A DNA stretch of 64,000 nucleotides. It comes from Lytechinus pictus. Taxonomy: Eukaryota. Made by a program: the position numbers and the translations under genes. Positions 39,061-52,850 of the stretch are shown piece after piece; the stretch's first letter is position 1; each line of letters opens with the position of its first letter. The stretch covers positions 39,124,001-39,188,000 of the forward strand of contig NC_087245.1 in assembly GCF_037042905.1 (NCBI RefSeq), written 5' to 3'. The notes below the pieces were generated by a model. It did not search any database. It was not told where the DNA came from and was given only the letters and a program-made list of their open reading frames with translations.

Positions 39061-41556
39061 GCTTTCCTGGCATTTTTGTAAATATAATGAGATTTTAATC
39101 TTTATCTAATCGAAGTGATTAAGCCAGTGTAGGCATACACACATACATATAATTTCTTCCAATTTATTTTAAAGATTAAAAATAAAAAAATATACATGTT
39201 TCAAGCCAATTCCAGATGATAAAACATAGACAGATTCTCCATTTATATACTGTGTCAAATACATATAGCAATGGTCATTCAGTGTTCAATAAATGTGATA
39301 TATCCCCATCCCCTATCCCACCCACCACCCGACCAGGTAGTATAAAGTAATTCATCATCATTTGGCAAGAACTGACTAATATATATACACCAGAGGTTTT
39401 CTATCTAGTGTTCAAGTGTTGTATCTTCTTATCATACACTGTAACAAAGGAAACACTTCAAATTACGGCTTTAAAAATAATAGGAACAGCAAGGCACCTA
39501 AACAGGAAGAAATAAGGCAATAATATACAAATAATGCACATTATGGAGGGTAATGGTAATAATAACATACACAAGGTGGATTTGGAACAGTTTATGCCTC
39601 ATGGCGCTGATACCGTTTCACAGGTAACAAGTGTGGGTAATTATTTTAATGCCCTTGCAAAATGATGTGCATTATTTGTTTTATAAGATAGTGACGTGGA
39701 TCATTGTTATATAATTTCATAAACAATTCTCGTATCAAAACCATGATCGGTCAATATAATAGAACCAGTCATCAGCAAATTTGCCTGTTGGCTAAAATAA
39801 ACGACTGATCACATGACAGGTTTCAGCCAATCACTTGATCAAGATCCATATCAGCATTTTATGAACAGCAATTGAAACTGCAACAATTGATCAGTGATTA
39901 AACTGAATAAGCAAAAACCCCAACACCTATTTCTTATATTTGACCAAATAAACATCACAGAATTTCACACTGTATAGTCTGCAAGCACAGACTCAAGTTT
40001 GACACTTTAAACCAATTATACCATGTCTCGAGTGAAGACTATAGACTCCAAACTATCTCAGCCGAAGTATACAGTGAATCTAGTCTCACATTTCAGACTT
40101 CACATTATGTACTATGTGAATAACGAAAACCAAAGGTCTGTGCCTGCATGCAGACTAGTATAGACAGGGGTGCATTGGAATTCATTGAGCAATCAAAATA
40201 ATAAATGTTAATTGAAAAATTTCTGACTTGCATTGCAATTTGTTTAAGAAATTTTGAAACAAAAGTTGTGGTTACTATAATAATTGAAAATAAGACTTTA
40301 AAAAAAGTCATTTATAGATATCCTCAGCCCCAGAAAAAAAAGTAATGAAATTTAAGTCATATCAAAGACATTTATAAAGTAACTAAAGTGTCATACAATA
40401 AATAAATATGACTAATATCATATAGTAATAAATATTTCATTTATTAAAATAGTTCTAACGTGTAAAAGTTTTTTTTGAAACAAAAGTCAAGGTGATGAAC
40501 AACTCAATATAAGTATCTAAGAAATACTTGTAGATATGAACACCATGAATAAATGTCCAATATCATTTATAGTTGGCTGGCAATATTTTAATTTCATCTT
40601 AACATATACATGTACATGTTTATTTAGAAATTTTGATAGAATAAATAAAAGAAATATGTTATAAGTTATAGAATATTTTCAGTATGTTTTCAGCTTTCAT
40701 GAATACTCAATATTATATTTGATAAAATTTTGCAGCAAATCTGTCCAATAAATATAATTTCAGACTTATATCTCTTAAAAAAACACAGAATATATCTATC
40801 CAATTCTTATCCAATAGAATATATTACTGTTTATATGCTTTGCATACAGTAATGATGCTTTTGTTGTCAAACTCATGTCTATTAATTGAAAGACTATTTC
40901 AAAAAAATGCTGATTCAATTTTCTTAAATAATGTTTTCTTTGACTAGAATTTCATGACTATAAAGCATATAAAAAAGACATCTCTCTCTCTCTCTCTCTC
41001 TAAAAAAAAAGAACCCTAAACATACAGTTACACAATTGAGAGGTAACTCTTTGCATATTCATGTCATATAAAAAGCCACACAGACAACAAAATATGTGGT
41101 ATAATTTTTAAGTAGACTTTGAAAACAGTGTTTGCATAGCATCTCTATTATAAAATCTTGCATATTATTCAACTGTCAAATGTCACAAATGTCTAATTCC
41201 AGAGGCAGTGAGGCACTATTAAGATATTAAATCTAATACAATATTATATGTACAGCAACTCATGCATTTCATAATACATGCACCACTAACGTTCATTATC
41301 ATGAAAGGCCTACAGGTCGAACTCTTTTTCCTATTAAAGGCATACAAGTGAGCACAGTCTGCGAGTAAAAATTGCGAAATTAAAGAAATATTTGACCGAA
41401 CGAAGAATCCCAAGGGCAGGGAAGAATACATCTGTTATAAATAGAACTAACAGCAGATACCGCCTTCATAATTTTTCAAAGGAAAATGGGAAATAGTTGG
41501 AAATGCAGGGGAATACTACAAAATATATTTCTTAACAATTTTCCAGGTACTGCCCT

Positions 41557-41835
41557 GGGCCCCATCCTACAAAGAGTTGTGATTGATCCGATCAATTGCA
41601 ACTATGGAAAGCCAGAAAAGTTAACATATTATAAAATGCATTTTTTGTTCAAATTTTTTTCTAGATATGAATGTATATCCATATAAATTAATTGATTTCT
41701 TGACAATTTGGTGTGTTCTCCTTTGCTTACAAAGGACACATTGCAAATTTCCTGTAGAAAAAATTATGACACCGATGGATTTCCATAGAGTTACGATTGA
41801 TTGGATCAATCATAACTGTTTGTAAGACGGGGCTC
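41557..41835. mobile_element. ~280-bp PIF/Harbinger-like MITE (also 43577-43841 and 55708-55978)
   Basis: GGCCC..TACAAAGAGTT..GATCCGATCAAT inverted arms. The copy at 55708 is flanked by CAG on both sides. Confidence 0.7.
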
Positions 41836-42803
41836 CGGTGTTTCTCATGCACATTCCATCATTTGCCTGTACCTCCCTGTACATTTGAAGTACTTCACAG
41901 CATTGGCAAATTTTCTGCAGTATTTCCCACCTGGAAATTGCAAACCCTGACTGGCCATGAGATCACAGGAATACTGTGGCGTTTAGGCAAGGCTTGTAAT
42001 CACTTTGAAAGAGAAACATTGTAATCGATGCAAGGTGTTTAGGGCACTGTGGTCTACCAATCTATCAGTATTAGCATGCATGAAATACACAAAATTCGTG
42101 GAGCTTTCATGTTGTGGGAGATATAGGTACAGTCACTCAAAAGAAAGCATCAAATTTGATTATTCCAGTGAAAGGCACTACTGGGCCCCATTTCATTAAA
42201 AGTTGCTATGATAGCAAGTCTGGCTACCATGGCAACAGTGAAAATCTTGCTTATTGATTGGCTTTACCAATGAAAGCTGATATTCCAGCAAGAGCAGCTA
42301 TCACAGCAACTTTTTTAATGAAACGGGGCCCTTGAAAAACTTTGCCTGAGAAACATTCATGTTATTCAGGTACACCAACCGATGACCGCAAGAATTGGGT
42401 TTAGGTGACCAATTTTTATCCAAATGGGCAAGGTCTACTTCCCAGTGAGCAGTGATATCAATTTATAAAATGCCCCTCCATGCATTCCTCTTGAGACAGA
42501 GAGCTAACCGAAGTCTCTGGGAGTTAGACTGCAGATTTGGACCATAACGAGAAGATTTTCGAGAATCCAATTGGGCATGGTTTTCATCTGAGCAACATCA
42601 GTTTCAAGATCACTTTCAAGGGAATGCCCTTTGATGACTATGGTTGTTAGGTGCTGGTCGAAACCTGGAACCTCCAATTGGTAGTGGCTTCCAGAGCAGC
42701 AACGTCACATTTCCTCGGAATGCCCTCCACTGGGAGACGGCTTAAGTAGGTGCCGGGCGGAACCTGGTACATCCAATTAGACGTGACTTCCAGATCAGCA
42801 ACA

Positions 42804-43011
42804 TCACATTCCTGAGAATGCCCCTCCATGCATGCCTCCGGAGATAGAGAGCTTACTGAAGTCACTGGGAGATGGCTTGGTAGGAACTGGACCACGAAGG
42901 GATCCTACGACCGGGCGTGGCCGTCTACCGTACCCCTGCGGAGGCCTGGTATGGTTGGAGGTAGCTTCATTGGATTGTCCTGATGGGTTGTTCAGTGATA
43001 AGGGAGTTGTG
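42804..43011 (-). CDS. ZC2HC1A: ZC2HC1-family gene, coding exon 8 (terminal)
   Basis: Polypyrimidine/TGCAG acceptor at 43012-43013, phase 2 matching the previous exon. Reads TTPLSLNNP...GGAFSGM*. Confidence 0.65.
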
Positions 43012-44037
43012 CTGCAATATATTAAAGGAAAAAAAAAAGAGAGAAACATCAGAATGTTGTACTTCTATCTTTGTTGTTATAAAATTGAATGCCAACAAAC
43101 AAACGGCTATGGCTGTATGCAGGGGAGGGGGGGCTGGGCAGTTGCCTTGTCCCCCAAGAAATTTGGAAAACTTTCATTTTTTACTGAAAACTGTCACCCA
43201 GCTCACCAAAAGGGTGCACAAAGACCTTCTATTCTATTTTGAAAATACAAAAGTGCCCCATGAAAAGATTGGTCACCTCGCTCCTAAACTTTGAAACTTG
43301 TTACACATATTGCCCTCCCCCCGCGGAAAAAAATTCAGCGTACGGCCATTTATGGCATCATGGTATCTATTCTTGAGATACCATCAGAAATGTTATAGAT
43401 TGATAAGATTGAATGAGGTGCATGTTGTCCATGGTAATGTGTACTCTCCAAATAATAAAATGGATTGAAATACAGGTGATAGTATGCTCAAGTCAAAACT
43501 CTTGGGAACAAAGAAATCTGTTTTGCCTACTCTGGTCTAATATAATGATTCAAATGAGGTAATTATTTAACTAATGGGCCCTGTCTTACAAAGAGTTGGC
43601 AATTGATCTGATCAACCTCAACTATGGAAAGCCAACAACGTCAACATCTATATTATATATAAATATTTCTTGATATGCTGTACATTCAAACATTCATTTT
43701 TTTCCCCGTTAGAATTCAGCATGCTTCTCTGTTTACAAAGGATATTGTGCAAATTTCCTGAAGAGAAAATTATGACATTGATGGATTTCCATACATTTGA
43801 GGTTGATTGGATCAATCATAACTCATTGTACGACCGGGGCCCAGGAAGGTCAAATTGTATATTGTAATCTGAATAATTCGCAAACTAAATCATTGGAGGA
43901 AAGTACAGAAAACATGACCATACTGTAAACATGTTAGATAATCCACTTGACAACCGACAACATGAAGGTTATCAACTCATCTCACTGTTTTCCTTTCATC
44001 GTTATTAAAATCATCTCCTTCTTTGAATTAATCCTAC

Positions 44038-44502
44038 CTATCAAATGACGGGTGATCCGTTCTCCCAAAGGAATCCTGATAGGAGGTCCTCATAGAGGAT
44101 GGCGGGAGATGCGATGGCGAGGCATTCAATGCTGAGCTTCTCTGTAGCCCCGTGCTCATGGGTGTGAGGTCGGGTATTCCTCCACCCTCATGTCCTCCGT
44201 GGTTGCCATAGTGACCTATCCCACCATAGTTCGGAAGGGGATGGGTCGGATGCCTGGACTGCACCATCTCCTCGATGTGGTTGCCGGGCGTGGCCAGCAT
44301 CACATCGTCCCCATAGTTCTTCTTCAACACCGACATGAGATCCTGGTGTCTTGATAGTAATTGTTCATCAAAGCTATTTGGCATGGCATTGTGGGAGGCA
44401 TACGCCGACTGTGAGGGCGCTTCGTAGTCAGCAGGCCCTCCGACATCGTCTGGTCCCGGTAAAGTATCCCCAAATGTTTTCACTTGGACATTATCAGCGA
44501 AT
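44038..44502 (-). CDS. ZC2HC1A: ZC2HC1-family gene, coding exon 7
   Basis: ACAG acceptor and GTAGGA donor, phases 2/2, open frame (ORF 44034-44483). Confidence 0.75.
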
Positions 44503-44997
44503 CTGTTTGTAAAAAATTAAAGTGAAAAAGGAATTACAATTAGCACCACTTGAAGAGTGCAAATTTGAGGGAATTTTCCCCCCTCTTTTTTTTTAAACGA
44601 TAAATGTCACAGTTAGAGAGCATTTATGTACTTAAAGTGGATAAAAATTATTGCATCTGTAAAAAAAAATGCATAAAATGAGAGCACATGCATTGATTTT
44701 CCAACTTTTTGCTTTCCCTGGAATGGCTCCAGGAGGGGCACACGCCACCTCCCCTTGAGGACCCTTTTTTTAAAATCAGAAATGAATTTGACAGGAAAGT
44801 GCATCCGATGGTGGTAAGGTGGTGACATTTGACCTATGTTTTAAACATTTTTTTACATGCCCCCTCCCCTTTGAGAATCCTTTTTGTCTTGTCTTATCAG
44901 AAATATATTTGACTGGAGAATGCATCTTACTGTGGTGATGTGGTGACATTTAACATTGTTTTCTTTTTAACTGAAACCATGCGTAAGATGTTCTTAC

Positions 44998-45634
44998 CTG
45001 ACATTGCCCTTGGGTTTTCCCGACTTGATCAATCTTGACCTCCTGATGTGTCCATTGGGAAGTCTTGCTGCTTTTGGAGGTGACCTGCTGTTGCTGGTCT
45101 TCAAGGCCTGCTGCCATGGCGGTAATGAGTTGAGGCTTGCCTGAGGAATAGGTGGAGGGGATATCTGGGCAGAAGGACCCATGATCTGAGATGGTGAGGA
45201 ATGCTGGTGAGGGCTAGATGGGGACAGGGGCTGTATTGTTGTCAGTTCTTGAGAAGGAGATGGTAGCTTTTGTGGCGACGTGGGCGCCTGCCATGGCGGA
45301 TGCTGCGTTGCCGGAGGTAACGACCGCAAAGGGGAATGTTTCATGGATGCTGTCTGGGGCAGCAGAGATGCGGACGGCTGTGAGGACGACTGAAAACGAG
45401 GAGAGGTGGACGGATGCGACAAGAGTGATGATGACTCTCTGGAAAACTGCTTGAACCCTGGAGATGTCCGTTGGCTTGGCAATGTTTGTTGCCGCGGTGA
45501 AGGCTGTTGCCTTGGTGATGATTGTTGCCTTGGTGACAATGATATGAGAGATGAACTCCTGCGGGAGGATTGCCTAGGGGAAGCTATTTTTCTTCTCGGT
45601 GAGGTTGAATTCCGTCTGGCAGTAACCGTTGAAG
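44998..45634 (-). CDS. ZC2HC1A: ZC2HC1-family gene, coding exon 6 (Ser/Pro/Gln/Arg-rich)
   Basis: TTCAG acceptor and GTAAGA donor, phases 1/2, within ORF 44994-45686. Confidence 0.75.
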
Positions 45635-45896
45635 CTGAATGAAAGCAACAGAGAATTCTAAGTTTCCAATGCACACAAAAGAGCACTATTATGATCTCAA
45701 AATACCACTGACATTAAATCATATTTAGAGCATCCAACTAATCTTGCTAAAGGACCCTCTCAAACCTTATCAATTTGCTCTTTTCTTTAAAATAGCACCC
45801 CCTTCCCCATTTCTCAATTATTGAATATGTAAAAAGTGCAGGTAAACTAATATCAACTGTTAGAAATTTATGGCACAAGCTAAGACAATATTAAAG

Positions 45897-46631
45897 TAGG
45901 GACAACGATTTTCCGTTTCTAAAAATTGCCTTTTCCGTTTTAGAAAATCTCAAATTCTGTTTCAGCATGTCTGAAAACGGAAATTCCGCTTCCCCATAGA
46001 CTTTGTGTTCATGAAAAAGTGACAATTCTGTTTACATAGAAAATCAATACGCAATGAGTAGCGATGTCAAAATGCTCATGCTGGTCAAAATTTGTATCTG
46101 CCACTGTACTGACAACGCTTTAAAATTGATTTTAATCGAAGTGATTTGAGTACAAAAACTATTTAAAGAAACGTAATACATCTTCACCTTTCATATTACT
46201 AGCATTATTTCATGGTTAAATGAGATTTTATCGCTGATTTGGGGACTTTTTTGCACATTGTTTTGAGCAGTCGACAACTTTCGCTTATCCGCCATTTTGG
46301 ATTTGTTGAATACCGCGATTATGACCGAATGCAGAGGGCAGCAACACACGGCCGTGTTTCTGCCTTTATGCGGACGTCAGCGTAAACTAATTTCGATACG
46401 ATCGAGAGATGGAGGGGCTCGACAGCAGACATGATGAGTGTATTGTTGTAGCAAAGTGAGATCGTGTTTTTTCCAGTTGATATTTGTATTTCGTTGAGGA
46501 TTTGGGAGTAATTTCTGTTGCTATTTTGTGCATTTTGAGAAGAAATATGTTTTTCTGTTTGGAAAGCCACTTCCCGTTTCAAAAGGACAATTCTGTCCAT
46601 TTTCCGCAATCGCGGAAAATCACTGTTCCTA
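45897..46631. mobile_element. Diverged inverted copy of the 7231-7994 TIR element
   Basis: TAGGGACAACGATTTTCCG ... CGGAAAATCACTGTTCCTA. ORF 46319-46609 resembles ORF 7112-7459. Confidence 0.8.
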
Positions 46632-46685
46632 AATAAGCGATATTTGACGTAAGGTCGACTTATGCAGTGTCTACTGTAATTTTAC

Positions 46686-46812
46686 CTTGCTGGTCAGGAC
46701 CACTGCCCCCAAATGCTGCGGAGTAGACCTTGACCCCTTCATCGTTGCCATCGCCCTGGGCATAGGCATAGGGGTTGGTAGAAGGCTTCCGTCTCACTAC
46801 AATGTTATCATA
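46686..46812 (-). CDS. ZC2HC1A: ZC2HC1-family gene, coding exon 5
   Basis: TGCAG acceptor and GTAAAA donor. Reads YDNIVVRRKPSTNPYAY...GPDQQ. Phases 0/1 fit both neighbours. Confidence 0.75.
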
Positions 46813-47569
46813 CTGCAATGTGGAGTGAAGCAATAGGAACTTTTATTAAAGATAAACACTGGTAATCGTAACAACAGAAAATAAAATGTTCACAGAATTG
46901 AACAAAACAAAACATAAATAAATGATTTCCCCCAAACGATTTTTAAAGAAAATGTATAAATCGAGAAGATCAGAAAAATTACTGAAAAATGCCTGTCTGT
47001 TCAGAGTGTGATCCCACATGTTATTTCCTGTGGTAGCTATACCAATTTTGAAAAGCCTGTGATAATTTATGAATATAATTTCGAGCAATTCTGAAATATT
47101 TTGATCTAAATGCTAATACAAGAAAAACACCCTGGGATTGCTTTCAGCCATTTCCTTTTGATATTAGATTTCTATACTTGAACTCAAACTTAGTTTTAAA
47201 GGGGAATCCTACACAAATAATGATAAAAGAAATCGAGAAGAAACAAGAGTAAGAGATGCAGACCTAAGAAGTTTTCACAGAATCAAAATAAAGTAAACCA
47301 TTAAATAAGGTGATTAATTGAACAATAATAAATTGCTTTTCTGCAACACACTTTGTAACACTGAATGTGAGCATGCAGTCAATTGCTTTTTGATAGAATA
47401 TACAATGAGTTTGTCTGCTATATGGTCTCATTTCCAATTAGCCCATGAATAAAATTGTATAAATCCAGTTTGGCTATGTACTCATTTTGTAGACATGATT
47501 TAGTCTAAACGGTTAGATGTTCACTGTTATTGAACAAAACTTTCATTTGAAATAATTAGAAGAAACAAG

Positions 47570-48570
47570 TTGATATTAGACCTTTGGGGCATAATGCTAA
47601 TTTAGAATTAGACTAAATGGGTATTAGACCAAGCGTAGTGTAGACCAAATGGCAATAAGACCACATTGATATTAGACCAAACAAGTTTAGTCCATGTGGT
47701 ATTGGACCAAATGCTTGCAGACCAACCAAGTGAATATAAACCAGGCACATAATTGAAAATATCAAACTGGACCAATTAATGGCAATAAGACCACATTGAT
47801 ATTAGACCAAACAAGTTAAGTCCATGTGGTATTAGACTGAGAAATAGACCAAATGCTTGCAGACCAACCAAGTGAATATAAACCAAGCCATACATAATTG
47901 AAAATATTAAACTGGACCAAATGGCAATGTTGATATTAGACCAAATAAGTATAGCCCATGTGGCATTGTACAGAGAAATAGACCAAATGCTTTGCAGACC
48001 AGTCAAGTGAATATAAACCAAGCATACGTAATTTAAAATATTAAACTGGACCAAATGGCAATTAGACCACACTGATATTAGACCAAATAAGTTTAGTCCA
48101 TGTGCTATATTAGACTGAGAAGTAGACCAAATGCTTGCAGACCAACCAAGTGAATATAAACCAAGCATACATAATTGAAAATATTGAACTGGACCAAATG
48201 GCAATATGACCACATTGATATTAGACCAAATAAGTTTAGCCCATGTGGCGTTGGACCGAGAAGTAGACCAAATGCTTGCAGACCAACCAAGTGAATATAA
48301 ACCAAGCATGCATAATTGACAATATTAAACTGGACCAAATGGCAATTAAAACCACATTGATATTAGACCAAATAAGTTTAGCCCATGTGGTATTAGACTG
48401 AGAAGTAGACCAAATGCTTTAAAGACCAACCAAGTGAATATAAACCAAGCATACATAATTGAAAATATTAAACTGGACCAAATGGCAATGTTGATATTAG
48501 ACCAAATAAGTTTAGCCCATGTGGCATTGGACCGAGAAGTAGACCAAATGCTTGCAGACCAACCAAGTAA
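47570..48570. repeat. ~140-bp tandem satellite built from GACCAAA subrepeats, about 7 copies
   Basis: GACCAAATGCTTGCAGACCAACCAAGTGAATATAAACC-like motif near 47706, 47846, 47981, 48125, 48266, 48408 and 48542. Confidence 0.9.
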
Positions 48571-48599
48571 ATTATAATATTCAGGCTTGAAAATATTAA

Positions 48600-49198
48600 A
48601 GGACAGGTCCACCGCAGAAAAATGTTGATTTAAATCAATAGAGAAAAATCAGACAAGCATAATACTGAAAATTTCATCAAAATCGGATGTAAAATAAGAA
48701 AGTTATAACATTTTAAAGTTTCGCTTATTTTTCACAAAATAGTTATATGCACAATTTAGTCACATGCAATAAAAGAGAGAATCGATGATGTCCCTCACTC
48801 ACTATTTCCTTTGTTTTTTATTGTTTGAATTATACAATATTTCAATTTTTACAGATTTGACAGTAAGGACCAACTTGACTGAACAATAAAATGTTAAACA
48901 ATGGTTATTCCACATGTTCAGGGAGAAATACAACTTTGTTTCACAGGACAATGAGGAGAAAATAAGAATATTTCACATAATAAAATACAAAAGAAATAGT
49001 GAGTGAGCGATGTCATCAGTTCCCTCATTTGCATACCGACCTGGATGTGCATATAACTATATTGTGAAATTAAGCGAAACTTAAAAATGTCATAACTTTC
49101 TTATTTTACATGCGATTTTGATGAAATTTTCAATGTTATGCTTGTGGGATTTTTCTCTTTTTATTCAAATCAACTTTTTGTTGGGGTGGACTTGTCCT
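48600..49198. mobile_element. Kolobok-type MITE
   Basis: TTAA|AGGACAGGTCCACC ... GGTGGACTTGTCCT|TTAA with long internal inverted arms. Confidence 0.85.
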
Positions 49199-51696
49199 TT
49201 AAGCTGAACAATGTAATCTTTGAGTAATCAAACTTTGAAGATTTTGTGTACCATAGCTACTGGCAAATATTTGCTTGATGTCAACTACTATATCTTTCAA
49301 TTCTAGTATGTCAATAATTGCCAAAAACTCTGTGGAACTGCCTATTTTATTTACAGATTTCCAATACAATTGTAAGTATGACTATAATTTGTTCACACTA
49401 GCTGTTAAGCAGTACTGCTGTTAAGTGTACATTCAAGGCATGCATTCAGAAGTGTGTAAAAGATACTCCTTTCTTTTATATTCTAAAATTGTGATAAATG
49501 ATTACGATTTCTGAAAATCCTACTATTATCCCTAAACTCCTGTCCTTTTATTGTAACTATCACTTTCTGTAAGCAATAGATGAAAATAAGAATTGTGTTA
49601 CTACAAGAAACTATCCCTCGATCATCGCAAAATCCCTATTACCATGGGCCGTATCAAATAAATATTATCTCTCAGAAATGAGGACCAATATGAGGAAAGA
49701 TATATATTAAACGTAAAGGAAACAAAATTCAAGGACAAAATCTATCTTATTAGAAAAAATAAAAATAGAGGAGCAATCTAAAACTTGTTTGATCAAAATC
49801 AGTTATAGAATAAGCAAGTTATGGAAGTTTAAAAACTCTTGTTGTACTTTTTATGGGGATCCTCAAATTGGCAAACGTGCTTCAAAATGGCTGATTTTGT
49901 GGACAACTCTCCATTTGTTTTGTACACAAATTTCAGATTTTCCTCATTCTCTTTCAAATTGCATCTTGCCTCCTTCTGAGCACAACATATGTCATGGGAA
50001 AATATAATTCACACCACCCCTGATAGCAGACACGGTCGTAAAGTGGTAATACTCGTCATGTCGTCGTATTTATGACGTTCTTACGACGTCATTTTGACGA
50101 CTTAGAATGGCAACTTTCATTTGCATTTTTATTTGACCAGATTATGACGTGATTTCGACGTCATTTATTGACCAATTTACGACAAGTAAATTTGCTCGCT
50201 TATAATATGACCAGATTATGACGTCATTACGACGTCATTTACTGACCAATTTACGACAAGTAAATTTGCTTTCTTATATGACCAGATTATTACGTGATTA
50301 CGACGTCATTTATCGACCAATCTGCAACAAATGAATTTGCATTTTTATATGACCACATTATGACGTGATTATGACATCATTTATTTACCAAACAACGACA
50401 AAGAAATTTGCGTTTTCATATGACCACATTACGACGTGATTATGACATCAAATTTTACCAATCAACGACGAGGAAATTTACAAGTTTAATTTCAAAGCCA
50501 CATACTATTTTGCCATTTTTTCAACCTTGCCATGTTAGCAAGGCTATTTCTACTTATAAAAGGAAAAGTAAAACTAAAAAAAAATAGTACAGAATTTTTT
50601 TTATTTTAGGTAAAGTATATTCTTCAAAGAAAAAAAGTTTCAAAAGCAGTGGCAAAAATAATCATTTCTTAACTGGTTGCCAACCAAACCAAACAAGAGG
50701 AAGCTTTATATGTCAAAGAAGTTTGTATCTATTTTAAAACTTTTTTTTCGCAAGTGGTGTCATGCCCCGGTGTCATGCAAACCCCCTATCTAGTTAGCTC
50801 ACCCCCCCCCCCATGCACGCCCCCCGGGCTCACCCCCTATAAAAAATTCATGATCCGCAGAATTAATTCGCCGCCGGGCGTCGAGCCTGCGCATGCGCGC
50901 TGCACTGCATGCAACTTAACGTACTGGCGCAGTCGCAACCATTTAATTTGAAAAAGGAACAGAGGAACGCGCCCGTTTTTCGCCGTTAAATGTTGCAGCC
51001 TAATTTTGGATCGAGAATTAAGTGCGACGAAGATGGCCGTTAATAATAGTTCTACTACTTTAAGAACACGGTTCAGATTTGGATAACGACTTCGAAGGCA
51101 TTCGCAGGAGACCAAACAGTAAGTTAGATAACCATCTTCTAAGATTTTCTTTTCGGAGCGCGGCTTGCCTTTGGCTTTAGATTTCGTGCACTGACACTGC
51201 CCGGCCGGGGTGGCAGCCCCGAGCGCCGGCATGCTGAATAGGACAGGCTGCGCTGGTGGGCTCAGGGCCCAAGACAAGTCTGCACAGACACAGTGCACAC
51301 TTTAAGGTAAATCACTAAATGCCAGTTGTGGTAACGATATCAAAATGAGTTCGTACAGAATCCAATGAAATGACCACCAAAGTGTCTGTCTATATTTATA
51401 AATAATATACCGTATGTGCCAAAGGATTCTGGAAGAAATTGTGTAATTGCTGCGAAATAAGCAAAAAAGCACACAGTCACAGGATTCGGGTCAACTCGAG
51501 CCAAGGCAAGCGTCGGGCCGACATTAATCAGAGCAATAATAACTGTCCCACGTGCTCTTATCTGTGTTGGTGATCTTCAGTTTGAACATTTTTCAGCGTA
51601 GATTTCAAGATTTCACAAAGTTCAGTTTATGTAACTGTACCAGATCTACATACTATGTAGATCCTCGATATACGGTACCGTACTGACAATTTTTTA

Positions 51697-52562
51697 AATC
51701 CTAAATCTACCGGGGTATTTTGATTCTTGTCATTCCCGGGGGGGGGGGGGGGTATTATTGCCCCCCCCCCCTTATAAGATCTCGGCCGTGGATTGCACGA
51801 TCACAACGAAAATTTGCATGATGGTAGAGAATGACGTAATCTACGTAGTTGCATTGGTAAATTTCACTGAATTCATATTTTTTTTATTTTATATGAATTA
51901 ATTATGCTAATTTATTCATGAAATCATACGTTTTGCTCTGATTCACTAAATAAAGCTCCTAGAATGGAGCCGGTCCCCGGTACTACAATACTGCAAGAAT
52001 CTTCAGGATTGAAGGAGGCAGTGTAGCTTGAAGAAGAAAGAAGAAGAAGAATGCTATTTTTTGGGTGAAAATATTCTTTATAGCATTCCTAACAATTGTG
52101 ATTGAAAAAAAATCTGGTACCAAGACCGATTTCTTATGTATTTTATTATTTTTTTAATCATGTATTTCTTTGTTTTTTTACATTTTGTTTTTTATTGTAT
52201 TTTCGATGGAAATCGTTCTAGACTTAATTCTAATCATAAACAAGGCAAAATTAATTAAGTTTAATCAGTAAAAGTAGAAATAATGATAAATTTATGAATT
52301 TTGGCTAAATACACAATTTGCATTGGATTTGTACATGAAATCATGATTATGAGCAATTTTGGGTCTGACATGCACTTACATAATGTTGCGTAATGTCGTA
52401 ACCGCGTACCCGGGCGTCACAAATTTGGTCTCAAAATTTGCGCGAGACTTGAAAGTAAAAAGTCAGTGAGCGGCGCGATCAAAATTTTTTGCGCGACAGC
52501 GTAGCGATGAAATTTGTTGAGGGGGGGGGGTCAAATTGACCCCCCCCCCAGTTTAATAAGGG
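51697..52562. mobile_element. piggyBac-like MITE (left end degenerate)
   Basis: Right end ...AATAAGGG|TTAA. Left end near TTAA at ~51694-51697. Confidence 0.5.
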
Positions 52563-52659
52563 TTAAGGCCGTCACATGAAATGCCCTATATTCATTATTT
52601 TTCTACCAAAAGCACCATTTTGAGTAAGATTTTTAATGAATAGATCTGTTTGACATTTC

Positions 52660-52850
52660 AGGAGAAAGAGAGGGAGACACAAAACCACCTGTCTCGGTGT
52701 CACACATGAGGAGTTGAGGAGGAGATGAAGTCAGTGAATATGACCTGGCCTGGGGGAGTTTCCAGAAGAAGGCCCAGAATCGCTGGATGCCAGGAGTGGA
52801 GATCCTTCGTTGCTGCCCTACATGATAGGAGGCATCGGGCAGTAGGTAAG
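52660..52850 (+). mobile_element. 3' fragment of an RTE-like LINE
   Basis: Degenerate RKRGR..KTT... and WRSFVAAL motifs typical of RTE ORF C-termini. Confidence 0.5.

Noticed and set aside
47776..48612. 177-aa repetitive hydrophobic ORF and neighbours
   Set aside because: They are translations of the ~140-bp satellite.
50837..51298. 153-aa ORF as the transposase of the CACTA-like element
   Set aside because: No recognisable transposase motif and a non-ATG start.
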